Below, piece by piece: positions 12,901 through 24,112 of a DNA stretch of 64,000 nucleotides. The position numbers and the translations under genes were made by a program. Below the pieces are notes generated by a model. It was not told the origin of the DNA and did not search any database. It saw only the letters and a program-made list of their open reading frames with translations. Origin of the DNA: Gordius albopunctatus (Eukaryota); NCBI GenBank assembly GCA_964276515.1, contig OZ193909.1, positions 3,720,001 through 3,784,000 on the forward strand, given 5' to 3'. Numbering within the stretch: position 1 is the first letter of the stretch; each line of letters starts with the position of its first letter.

Positions 12901-14121
12901 AGAATTTATTCATGTCAAAACTGATGATTTATTGTAAGACTCTGAGTAATTATGAGTGGGAGGATAAAGGACAACCTTAAGGATAGAGTAAGTGGCATTG
13001 CAGTTGTTTTTAAAAAAAAATTTGTTACCTTGGTTAGATAAGTTATTTTGTATAAGATACTAGATTGCATATTGTAAATGTTGGTTGTAATTGTTAAAAA
13101 GTGCCTGATAAGATATTGTATATAATTTTTAATTTTTGGGTATATAATTTTAGGTCTAGATATGTGCAAAAAAAAATAAACTATGGATGTTAATAAAATA
13201 GTGATAAGAGATGTATAAATGATTGAAATACTGTAAGTGGTTTCTAGGTTATTAAGTAGAGGGTTCAGTTTGCTTTGAATAGTAGTGATGATGTTAGAGA
13301 GAAAGATTGGGTGAGGTAATTGTTTGTTTTTTTGTGAAGAGTTTCTGAGTAAATTAATGTTTGCTTGGAATAGTAGGGATCAAGTTGAAAATAATGGGTG
13401 TGGTTGTGAGTCTTTCTCAGTAATTTGTTTGATTGTTGTTTGAATGTTTGGACTTCTTGATGTTGTCGAGCTGAAACTTTGGGGGATAGACACTTGCATG
13501 TGTTGGATGCAATGTGAATAGGAATAGATGCCATAGTGGATAAAGTGGATTGATGGCAATTTTTTTATATTGGTTATATTGAATTGAATAGATTGGTTAA
13601 GTGATTTGAAGTGTAAATCTTTATGAGGCAAATGTAGTATGTCTTAATTTGGAATAATTGGATAGATATTAAGGGATTTATGGATTGTTATATAAAGTTG
13701 TAAGAAGAATATGGTTTAGATCCAAACTTGCACCATACCAAAAATTAAGGTCCATACATATTTCTAACGCTCTTAAATTTGTAGCAATAGCAATATAAAA
13801 TATATGTTTTGTCATATCTATGCTAACTTGTTAGTATTTATCTCAATATTTGTAGTGTAACAATTGACGACGTCAAGTATTGTAGCCATTGAATGATAAT
13901 TAATACAATTCCCATTACACTTTTGTATTTCAAGAGGTTAAAAAGTCCTATGTATTTAATTTTGGGCCCTACGTTAAGTCTGATAAATAATCCTTACTTT
14001 TCTGGACAAAAACTTTAAACCGCATCAAACTTCTTGATTTAAATTTAATCTGTATGCAACTTTTCTTAAAAATATTGACAAATAAACTTATTTATAAATG
14101 TTTAATTTATTCAACAATTTA
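9910..14121 (-). mobile_element. CRE-clade non-LTR retrotransposon inserted in the RTE, flanked by a 73/74-bp target duplication
   Basis: RTE sequence is duplicated at 9836-9909 and 14122-14194. aataaa and a short poly(A) lie at the 3' end. A 1.25-kb 5' region precedes the RT ORF. Confidence 0.85.
10332..12866 (-). CDS. CRE-type reverse transcriptase ORF (844 aa); C-terminal RLE endonuclease disrupted
   Basis: N-terminal CPLC...H...C, RPIA, QLGFG, LDFKNAFNSIRR, GIQQGDPLGP, WYLDD, GGLGI and CRLC...HPLHC motifs. The RPDG/WDYTC RLE motifs follow in shifted frames with an in-frame TGA. Confidence 0.88.
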   Translation of the reverse strand: MVLLKALCPLCHRNISLNKKNCFLQHGPVTNKCPSSGKLAPRNTTCPPLTLILEDNIILSPSGTDIHNLIPHQTYYTTNEKNDMTWSTAFLSQTFPPTISRIPRGARACMQQFLINLLNNIISLPQNFSYWEKLFKFSFYILSIPQDKEANITHNIKQSVLKFDSQNSPPAYNIERKESHILTPKQKANMISRKIHAFNIKGAIRFLEEDNSFLSPSQKSYEEIVLKHPQSLSSTYLSPSQPSDIAFKSPEIRDAILSFPMDSASGLDGIKPIFLKDLITLDNNNSSNLLDLFTEFCNLLVNGSIPKEITPIVFGAKLLAIRKADNSARPIAICGVFRRIISKLICSAIKPILIPILIPHQLGFGVKRGCEIATHAARLALEHLPPGDSFLKLDFKNAFNSIRRTAFINEFIKLFPHYTNYIILSYGCPSILKFGEFFLESAEGIQQGDPLGPPLFCLAINHLINEINKHCKLTLNVWYLDDATLVGTPDNLAQALDVIHAFFPTLNLCLNASKSEIYSDLDNIHPNFFDFAKIKKDNLYVLGAPIGGPQCLKNFLDKNLSSLKTKLDIFKSMPSHHSFYIIKNYYNISKILFCFRSTQAFLFKEVLHDYENFFKSTLESILNISFNTNTWLQATLPTKSGGLGIRSPSAISLAAFISSSLSFKHHINDLVPFPLNPSINQALSLWNENVNVGANIPQSYAQKDLDASLVSRSVAYLLSTCDAKQYCNLRSLAFDQSGHEWLEAYPSKFSGMFLENPTLSYNIALRLGCKYTSSYPCRLCNSLVDEEARHPLHCKFNKSRYGRHQKINTLLQMFLRSLNFKIPLSKSGCVRTVRHLSHETKAFS

Positions 14122-17100
14122 CATCCGGAATTTATCCTTGCTTGGATTTTTTATCCATTCCATCATCCGTTTGAAGTTTTGATCCTAAATATTTGAAGGA
14201 ATCCACGCTTGTAAGTTGCCAATCGCCTAAACTAAGGGATGCACTTCGCTGATTTTCATCCGATTTAAACTTTGTCTTCATGTATTCTGTTTTTTTTTCT
14301 AGTTACCCTGAGACCACTTTCTTCTATTGCATTTATCCATCTATTTACAGTGTTAGCCAATTCTTGTTCGCTTTTGGCACATAGGATTATATCGTCTGCA
14401 AAGATCATTGCCCATGGAGCTTCCTCGCCCAAATCCTTGGTAATATTATCCATTATCATTATGAATAGGAAGAGACTAAGAGCTGAACCTTGATGAACTC
14501 CAGTGTTGATGGCAAAGCCTTTTGTAGTCCCAACCGTTGTTCTAACGTACGTTCTATTTCCCTTGTACATATATTTTATTGCTCTGACGTATACTTGTGG
14601 CACATTGTTTTCTTCAAGACATTTCCAAACTAAATTACGAGGAACTTTATCAAAAGCTTTTTCAAGATCGATGAAACACATGTGGAAATCCTCTTCCCTT
14701 TCTTTAAACCGTTCCATTAATCTTCTAACAGTGTTTAGGGCGTCTGCTGTAGACCTCTCCGGCATAAATCCGAATTGGTTATCTCGAATTTGAACCAAAC
14801 TCCGAAGCCGTTTTTCTATCACTTTCTCCCACACCTTGAAAGTGTGGCTCATAAGCTTTATCCCTCTGTAATTGTTGCAATCCTGAATGTCCCCTTCTAC
14901 TTGTATATCGGGATCATGTAGCTATCCCTCCACTCGTTAGGCATTACACCCGTTTTCAAGATATTGTTGAAAAGGTTGGCGAGGAATTGTGTACCAGTAT
15001 TGCCTAACGCTTTGAAGCCTTCAATCGGTATATTGCCGGGTCCAAGAGCTTTTCTTAACTTTAGTTTACTCATAGCAACTTTCACTTCCGTTTCCGTGAT
15101 CCAGTCCGTTGTGTTTAATTCTCCTATTGTATTTTCCTGGTTAGTGTCTTCGACTACAGGCCCCTTTTCAATTGATAAATCGCTATAATAGTCGTACCAT
15201 CTTTGTAGTATATGGCTATCATGTGTTAGTATTTCTCCCTTTTGACCCTTAATTAGCCGGCATTCTAGGTAATCTTTAGAATTTCGGGCCCTTGACTTTG
15301 CGATTTTGTAGATCAATCTTTCTCCTTCCTTTGAGTTTAGTTTTACATTTATATCGTCGTACACCTTGTTTTTAGCTTTGGCTACGAATTTTTTAGCCGA
15401 TCTTTTAGCTACTTGGTAAGCTTGCTTATCATCACTATCCTTACTTTTATACCAAACTTTGTACAATCTCTTCTTTTCCTTGATACATTTTTGCACTTCT
15501 TCATTCCACCACCACGTTTCGTTGAGAATTATTTTAGTGGGCTTGCTTTCACCTAGTATTTGTCGTCCCGCTTTTCGCATTGTGGCAGCTATACCATTCC
15601 ATTGATTCTCACATGAAGTATTTTCCTTAAATTCAGCAAGTTTAATTACTTGTTCCTGAAAATGTTGAATATTATCCTTTAGTTTCCCCCATTGTATAGT
15701 AGCGGCTACTCTTTAAACTTTTTGCTATTTAAGGCCCTTTAATATAAAGTCCATCACCAACAGCTTGTGTTGGCAGGTCAATATTTCACTCGGTATTACC
15801 TTAACATTTTGAACATACTTTAAGTGCGCTCTGTTGACTAGAAAGAAATCTATCTGAGTGATACGGCTGCCGCCTTTGAACGTTATAAGATGTTCCTGCC
15901 TCTTTTTGAAGAAGGTATTTCCTATTTCTAGGTCAAAAGCTTGAGCAATTTCTAGAATTTCCGTACCTCCTTCATTTCTTAGGCCGTAACCCCGACCACC
16001 GTGATTTCTTTCAAATCCTCTCTTTAATTTACCCACGTGTCCATTGAGATCCGCTCCGATAATTATTAGTCCCTCTTTACCGAATTAGGATAGAACATCT
16101 TCAAGCTCCTTCCAAAAACACTCTTTTTCCGTCTGAGAGCATCCACTTTGAGGGGCGTATGCTGATATAACGTTTATCGTAGTATATTTATAACAAAGCT
16201 GTATCGCCATAATTCTGTCATTGATTCTCTTAACGTCGGCGATAGTTTGCTGAAATTCTTCCGATGGCACTATACCGACGCCATTCTGGTGAGTTTCTGT
16301 ACCGTAAAAATATAATTTGTATCCGTCCCCTATTTATTTTGCTTTTTGGCCCTTACATTTGGTCTCTTGTATACATGCGATATCGATTTTTCTCCTCCTT
16401 AGAACATCTGCCAATTCTCCGCTCTTGCTAGTCATTGCTCCAATATTCCATGACCCAAACTTTATCCTACGCAAACTATCTTTAACCGCTTCCGTTTGTT
16501 GAGAGAGCGGTAGCCTTCGTTTATTTCCTACACATTCCAGGCGAATAATGCGCGCGTCGCTTAAGGGCAACGCCCTATGGTTTTCATTCTGCGTCTTTGT
16601 TGTAGTAAACATTTTGGTTTATATGGAATGAGGGAGTATTGATATCCCGGGCTTCCAAGCCTGACGGAACTATGTTAGATTTTGGTGCTTGACTACCTAC
16701 TATTCTTTATGATGCAGCCATTTTGGTGAATTAAACTTTTCTTTCGACCACTCGTATTGATAGGCTTAATCTTGCACTTCAATTTCACAAAGTACTCCCT
16801 CAAAAAGCCTAGAAATTTTAGTCTGACCCTTCACCAAGAACCTTGCCAATAGGGTGACCCCACCAGTAACAAACATAAAAATTGTGTTTGGCTACCAAAG
16901 GTATAGCTTCTTGGATCACGAGAGTACACAAGCTCAACCACTCTGACAAGGTATTTCTGGCTCGGTTGAGTACTTTATTAATTAATAAGTTATAAAATGT
17001 TTATTAAATAATATGTAAATCTTTTTAATCTTTTTAAAGCAAATTATAAAATAACTTACAACGTAGCACCTATTTTTAGAGTCGTCCCTAAAGTTCTTCA

Positions 17101-19275
17101 GACTAAACCAATATTAAATAATAGTAACTCTAACGATGGACCTAGTGATTTAATAATTAAGGAAAAATGTTTAATATAAATAACATATAATGGAATCCTA
17201 TAATTATTATGTACATTGTTGTAGTTGTGGCTTAATGCTTACGCAAATGAGCTAGAAAGCATAGCGTATCTTGCCAACTAAAATTAGTTACGTGAATAAT
17301 GGGCACTAATGATAACCAGACGAATATGTAAAAAGCAGGCCTCAAATTAGTGGAGATGTGCAGTACATCGAACTGTCGGGAGGCATCCCTCATGCAAATG
17401 AGAAGAGCATCGTCAAGGTTTAAATAGCGAGAATTGGACCATGATATAATATGTTATTTAATTTGTTATTTTAGTCCGGCGGGAGTAGATATTTAGTTTT
17501 CTAATCGGGACACATTAGTCCTGCGGGAGGATATGTTCATTTCTTATTTTAGACATACGGTCCAGCGGCAATTATCTAACAAGAGCCAGACGTTCCTTAA
17601 TCCGATTCCTTCCTTTGCCCGTATACGTTACCCATTCCAGACTATGGATTGTACAGATTAATTTCTCCGGCCATCGTTCAACATTTACCTTATCCGATCG
17701 ATATATTATATTTTATTTATTTACTACGACAAGTGTACATATTATAAATATTTGTAAATAAAAGGATTTGCGGACCATATTAATATGATATAGAATTTTT
17801 GATATAATGTTACTTATATACTTATAAAGTAAAAATAATGTTCTAATTAATTAAAAAAATAATTCAGCACGTAAATTTCTAGCAATTTCCAGTCTTAATA
17901 AAAAAGAATGGGAAGGAAAGAGCAAAGGAATAAGCTTCCGTAATTTTAAATATTTTGCCAATGATTTTGACATTTCCAGGTTCTCGGCGAAAGTGAGGAT
18001 TGTTTTGGTAAGACGGGCGAAAGGATTGGAACAAGTGAAGTATTAAGCCAAATAGAGTCCGTTTTGCCGAAGATCTAGTATCCGGTCATCAATTGTATCG
18101 CTATCTTTGCATAGAATGAGTTCCATAGAGAAAGAAACCTGCCTAATTTGTTTAAAGCTGCGGGGCGTAGGTACCGGTAAAATTATTTTTCATTTAAATT
18201 AAATTTAAAGAAATAACTTTCAATAAAGAGAGTAAACCAAAAAGAATATAAAAGATGCAATGCATATTTTTCAAATTGTAATCATTTGTAAAAAAAGAAA
18301 GAACTAACACGCCAGTTCGTTTTATCATCATGGCATTTATGTACAGTGACAAAGAAATATAGAAATACTTCAAAATAAAAGAATGCTTGCTTAATATTGT
18401 AATTTAAATTATATAGTTAATTGAGTTTTCACGGTGATTTAGTCTTCTTTGCATAATGACATTCTGAAATCACAGGTGCAATTACCCCACACATCTTTGC
18501 GAAATGGTTTGTATATAGGTGCGCGCTTTTAATTACTATTTGATATGTTTATGATATGTTAAAAGAGATCTCTTAAAGATCAAAAGCTTTATTGGATGTT
18601 ATGGGCCAAGAGGCCCACCATCTGCACATACTCTTGTTAGACATAGACTCTTAGAAAAAAAATATATATATAACGAGGGGGGAAGGGGAGGAATGGAAGG
18701 GAAGTGAAGGAGGGAAGGGGTGGGCAAAACTCATCTATACTCCGTATTATACTAACTCACATATATGTTTTAAATCAAAAACCAATTATATATTTTGATC
18801 CACATGGTATATATAAAACTGATATTACAAATTACGCTATATATTATATTTCTCCCTATTTTAAATGTGAAATTCATCGTAGAACCGTACAGGTGGTTTT
18901 GCAGTTATAGTCGATCGTCTTAACGTAATCGGACTTGCAACTTTTTCACCATTCGTTTCCACACTAGTATCGTTAGTTTCGACAAACTGGGATTGCATCC
19001 TAAATTTTAACTGATCCGCGTGTTTCCTTTTAATTCCTTTATCAGACCCGAACATTATATGAATACTAACTGACCCGTACCCTGGTGTATTCGCAGAGTA
19101 TATCATCTTATAGATAAATTTCAATAGATTAACAATATATCAAATATAATTGATAAGTCTTTATTATGCAAAATTTTTAAACAAATAGTTAAAGAGGGCC
19201 CAAGGCCCACCCTAAGAGAAAACCTGGCCCCATGGGCCCCTTCCCCCAAGGGAAAAATCTTTGGCCCCCTGGCCC

Positions 19276-19483
19276 TTCAAGCAATTTTTTTAAATTTTTT
19301 GTAATTAAGAAACAATATCATAATTATAATTATTTGTTTCTTAATAAAACTTTTAACTCTGAACTTAATAATGTCCGAAGGACTGAGATATATCAACATT
19401 TATCGGCACTTTGTTAGAAGTATTTTCATTTTTCTCCTTATTTAACGCGCAAAAAATGACAAAATTAGATTTTTTAATTTATT
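19276..19483. repeat. Dispersed repeat of about 200 bp; second copy at 32496-32683
   Basis: Near-identical direct copies (gtaattaagaaacaatatcataatta...gattttttaatttatt). Probably a DNA-transposon fragment. Confidence 0.8.
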
Positions 19484-21397
19484 GAATCATATTTTTGGTG
19501 ACAATATCAAATAATAATTGATCAGTAGAAGGATTTGGTATTTCTGCGGATACTATACTATCTATGTCTTCTGGGCGTATTTTGTCAATGAACCAAATCA
19601 AAATATGTGCATGAGGTAATCCACGCTTTTGCCACTCCACCAAATACATCCAAAAACGTGCGGGGCCAAATATGTGTAATTTTGTAATAAAGTTAACAAA
19701 AGACCTTAATTTTTGTTTAAACACACTGGTTATTATGTCATGATGATGTATTGAATTTTGTCCTGGTAAGAGTAACGATGTAATTTCCTGCCATTTTGGG
19801 TTACATGTAAAGATGATAAATAAACATGGTCGTCCGTATTCGCGTACGTAAGGCATGGCATCCTGTATGTATTCTTGCATGTGACGCGGACTACCTACGT
19901 ACGATGATGGTAAAATAATGGAGCTACCAATTTCGGCAGCGTCAGCGTTGGTAGCGATAGCGTCTCGCAGGTGGATGTATTCTTCAGCACGTAGCTTTTT
20001 CTGATTATAACGTAAGAAGCGTAAGCGCTCGCTCTCAATCTTCACATACATATCCACAATCAACTGATGGCAAAGCTCTCGACAGCCTAGAATGATGTTG
20101 TCTTCACCGTTTCTAATCATCAAACGATAGGCATAATAATCCATCGAGCTCACTTTTTTGCTTGTTTCAGCTCCTGTGATATGATACATACAAAAAAATT
20201 AAAAATGAGTAGTCATGTTTTATGTTCTATAAAATACCATTTCGGGGATCCCGTTGTTTAATGTTTATAAAATAACCGTCTTACCCCTTCCAAAAAATGA
20301 GCGGATATTGGAGAGCGTCATAGGAACGGTGGGTATCAGGAATGAACTGTAGATTATCATCTCTTTTTCGAATCACGATTTGGCGCGAAGCTGTACGGTC
20401 GCCAATCATGATTCCAGCAACATCGTCAACAACAGGTGCATTAAATATCAGGATAGATGACAATAGCGTGTTTGTCACTTATTAATTTGGGCATGTGTGC
20501 TTTAAATAATTTTAACAATTCATTGTGCTCAGTCAAAAGAACGTCCATATCGCTGACGATACGCCTGGCAAAAGGTGAATTAATGTGATTGTAGCCGCAA
20601 CGTGCATCTACGCGATTGGCTAGTGCGCGTTCAGAGTCCTCACCACCCATAAAGTAAATTTGTAAAAATTTACAGGAACCGTTTGGCATTGGCAGCAGTG
20701 AGCCAACTTTGTGAAAAACTTGGCCTTTAATTTTGAACGTTGAATTAAATAGCTGACCGTTTCCAGCATCAGTTTTAACTATTTCTGTTGCTCCGAACGA
20801 TGTCATTTGGAAGCATGAATTAAATGTGCGAATTGACTTTAGGAATAGGCTAGAATCAGGATCCGTGCCAATTAGTAAGCCGTGCAATGGTTCAGGTGGT
20901 GCTTCAATTGACGTTAGTTGTACTTTTCCTGATGCGCAACACATCCCTGGTGCCTCATTTTTAAATTTAAGTGCATGACAATGTGGACATTCCTTGTCTA
21001 TAGTACCAATGACTAATAATTGCAAGTTTAATCGTTATTTTCACAATCATCCCAGAATAAATATATTTTCTGACCAAATAAATCAATCTCATTTGATTTT
21101 GCTATAGATAATTTAAATAAAAATATATTCTTAATTTTTATTTATGTGCATTCAGTCTTGAATTTAGATTAAACTCTAAAAATTAAATATTATTTTAATT
21201 ACATATCATAAATGCGCATGAACTGGCATCCTAACTATAAATCAATCTCATTTGATTTTGCTATAGATGACTTAAAAACTTAAATAATGATGGTACAAAT
21301 TCAGAAGAGTTATAATTAGTAAATAAAAATATATTCTTAAATATGGTCTATTTGTGTTTTAAACATATCTTAAAATAAAATATGAAAATTATAACTA

Positions 21398-22008
21398 ATG
21401 ACCCTACAATAACAATAAGATTAACAATTTATTGATACCTGATATTAATCAAAAGGTTGTTGAGATCCTATGAATTGTTTGGAGTATTGGAAGAAGGTGG
21501 ATTTGCGAGGTTGTTGAGACCACCTTCTTCCAATACTCCAAACAATTCATAGGATCTCAACAAACTATGAATTGTTTGGAGTATTGGAAGAAGGTGGATT
21601 TGCGAGGTTGTTGAGATCTTATGAATTGTTTAGAGTATTGGAAGAAGGTGGACGTAATGACCCTACAATAACAATAAGATTAACAATTTATTGATACCTG
21701 ATATTAATCAAAAGGTTGTTAAGATCCTATGAATTGTTTGGAGTATTGGAAGAAGGTGGATTTGCGAGGTTGTTGAGATCCTATGAATTGTACCCTACAA
21801 TAACAATAAGATTAACAATTTATTGATACCTGATATTATTCAAAAGGTTGTTGAGATCCTATGAATTGTTTGGAGTATTGGAAGAAGGTGGACGTAATGA
21901 CCCTACAATATAACAATAAGATTAACAATTTATTGATACCTGATATTATTCAAAAGGTTGTTGAGATCCTATGAATTGTTTGGAGTATTGGAAGAAGGTG
22001 GATTTGCG
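21398..22008. repeat. Composite minisatellite inside the Helitron, including a 44-bp perfect inverted repeat (21457-21500 / 21520-21563)
   Basis: Shuffled tandem copies of two modules: accctacaataacaataagattaac... and gttgttgagatcctatgaattgtttggagtattggaagaaggtgg. Confidence 0.9.
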
Positions 22009-24112
22009 GAAGAATACATTCACAACACAATAGATACGCAGTATACGTCATGAGGTGGCGTTTAAGTGACATTTTAGTAAACGTCAAAACGTCTGAAACT
22101 AAATAACATGACCGTCTTGTGACTTAGAAATTTGGAATATAGTTAAAAACCTAAGCTCAGACCTACCAAGCATTCGCATAAATTTCATTTCCATCTAAAT
22201 CGGTCCAGCCGTTTCGGAATAATTTTACCACCCACACCGTGACACGTGAATTTTATATATATAGTAGGGCCTTTACGTTGTATGATAAATCCTTTGTACC
22301 AGCCCGCTTTAATTTCATTCCGAATTCATACTGGATCTCCAACATTAAATTCCCTATAAAACGCTTTTCGGTCATGGTAGCTCTTTTGTTTAGCTAATCT
22401 CTCCTTCCACTTTTCTTTCGGATCTAGTCGAATAAGGTCCAATGCTGTCCTTATTCTTCTTCCCAACAACAATTCCGCTGGAGCTTTACCCGTGGTTGTC
22501 TGAGGTGTATTCCTGTATGTCATAATTATTTGTTGAAGGCATAATTCTTTCTCTCCCCCTGATTTTCTTGCTGCCCAGTATCTTGATTTTAGCGTTCGAA
22601 TCATTCTCTCAGCTAATCCATTTGTTTTGGGGTGGTATGGAGTTGATGTTACGTGCTTAATGTTGTTGTTGTCACAAAATTTTGTGAATTCTTCACCGAC
22701 AAATTGTGGTCCATTATCTGATACTATTTGCAAGGGAATACCGAACCTGTAAAACCAATTTCGTAATTGTCTCACAATTTGTGATCCTTTAATCGACGAT
22801 AGTGTGGCTACCTCCACCCATTTCGATAATGCATCAATTAAAACCAACCAATAATTTCATTCGACAGGTCCGGCAATATCTATGTGAACTCGATCCCAAG
22901 GACGGTCAGGTACGGACCAAGAAGATAAGGGAACTCTTTGTTCGGCTTTTCGGCCTTCTTGACAACCGTCACATTCTTTTCCAAGCAAATCAATACTCTA
23001 GTCCATTCCGGGGCACCAAAAATAATATCGGGCTAAATTAAGCATTCCTGTAATACCGGGGTGTCCTTGGTGTAATATTTTTAAAACCAACTTTTGTAAG
23101 TTCCTCGGTATTATTAACCGATTGCAACGCAATAATAATCCATCTTCAAATGACAGTTCCTCCATTCGATTTTAGTACGTTTTCATGTCAAAACGGCATT
23201 TTTTAAATCCAACCGCCATTCTCGGTTTATTGCTAAAATTAATTGACGACAAAAAGGATCTTGTTTAATTGTTGTTTTTAGCATTTCATAATCTAACTTT
23301 AACATGAGTAGTCATACGTGATTGATCTGATCCGTCTCAAGGTATTTTGGATCTGGCAGTCTCGACAATGCATCAGCACATTGATTGTTCTTTCCTGATC
23401 GGTATTTTATGTCGTATTGATTTCCATTTAAAAATAAAGGCCACCGAATTAATCTATTATTGATAACTTTCGGTAAATCCCGATGATTTCCGAATAATCT
23501 TTCTAGAGGTTTGTGATCCGTCATCAATACAAATTTACGACCACGTAAGTATTGATTGAATTTTTGAACACCGAACACAATGGCTCGCGCTTCCCGATCA
23601 ATACGCAATAGCTCTTTCGGACCCGTCTCCATATAAGTGTGATAGTACAGCAACTACACCAGTTTCAGAAGCATCTATCGCTAGGTATAACGGCAATGAG
23701 TTTGAATACGGTACCAAAGTATTGGACGTTGAAAGCATCAGTTTAACATCGTGATGAGCCCGTCAATGCATGCAAGGTTGCGCATTTTTGGTGTAGCATT
23801 GGGATGAACCTTTCCTGATAATTAACTAGTCCTAAAAAGAAACGTAGTTCTTTTTTGTTTTGTGGTTCTTTGACATTAACAATGGCTTCCACTCGCTCTT
23901 GAGTCGGGTGGATCCCTGTTCATCAATCACATGTCCCAAGTATTTAACTGAGTTTTTGGAAAAATTTAACCTTCTTCTTTTTTGCTTTTAGACCAGCGTT
24001 CTGTACCCTCTTTAGTACTTCGTTCAGATTTACAGGTGGTCATTTTCATTTACCCCTGTAACTATGATATCATCTAGAAGTACGCTGGTATGGGGAATCC
24101 CATCTAATAATT

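Larger units (their letters stand above)
9320..16970 (-). mobile_element. Full-length RTE-clade LINE (APE endonuclease + RT, pseudogenised), split by a nested CRE element
   Basis: Fragmented ORFs with SWNIG..., CIQETK, SAYAPQ, QIDF, WWWNEEV, HQGSALS, FADD and RLRWYGHV...RGRPK. 16-bp TSD tactttattaattaat at 9304-9319 and 16971-16986. GAA-type 3' tail. Confidence 0.9.
19066..22265 (-). mobile_element. Internally deleted Helitron inserted in the Gypsy integrase C-terminus
   Basis: Rep fragments (CPHC...CC, HRSYDALQYPL, LPSSYVGSPRHM, EWQKRGLPHAH). Helitron-like 5' end CTATATATATAAAATT...CCGAAACGGCTGGACCGATTT and 3' end CGGGTCAGTTAG. The Gypsy KGP|YSYNV motif rejoins across it. Confidence 0.8.

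Noticed and set aside
11818..15188. Short antisense ORFs overlapping the RT genes, and their mirrors
   Set aside because: Shadow ORFs of the coding strand with no independent motifs.
17320..17440. Short repeat shared with 30560-30670 (gagatgtgcagtacatc...ggcatccct..tgcaaat)
   Set aside because: The similarity is real, but no termini, TSD or RNA-gene signature could be defined, so it is left unclassified.
18194..18265. Signal-peptide-like MHCIFYILFGLLSLLK on the minus strand as a first exon of the EGF gene
   Set aside because: The available donor is phase 0 while the EGF exons need phase 1. No bridging exon was found, and hydrophobic peptides arise easily in T-rich DNA.
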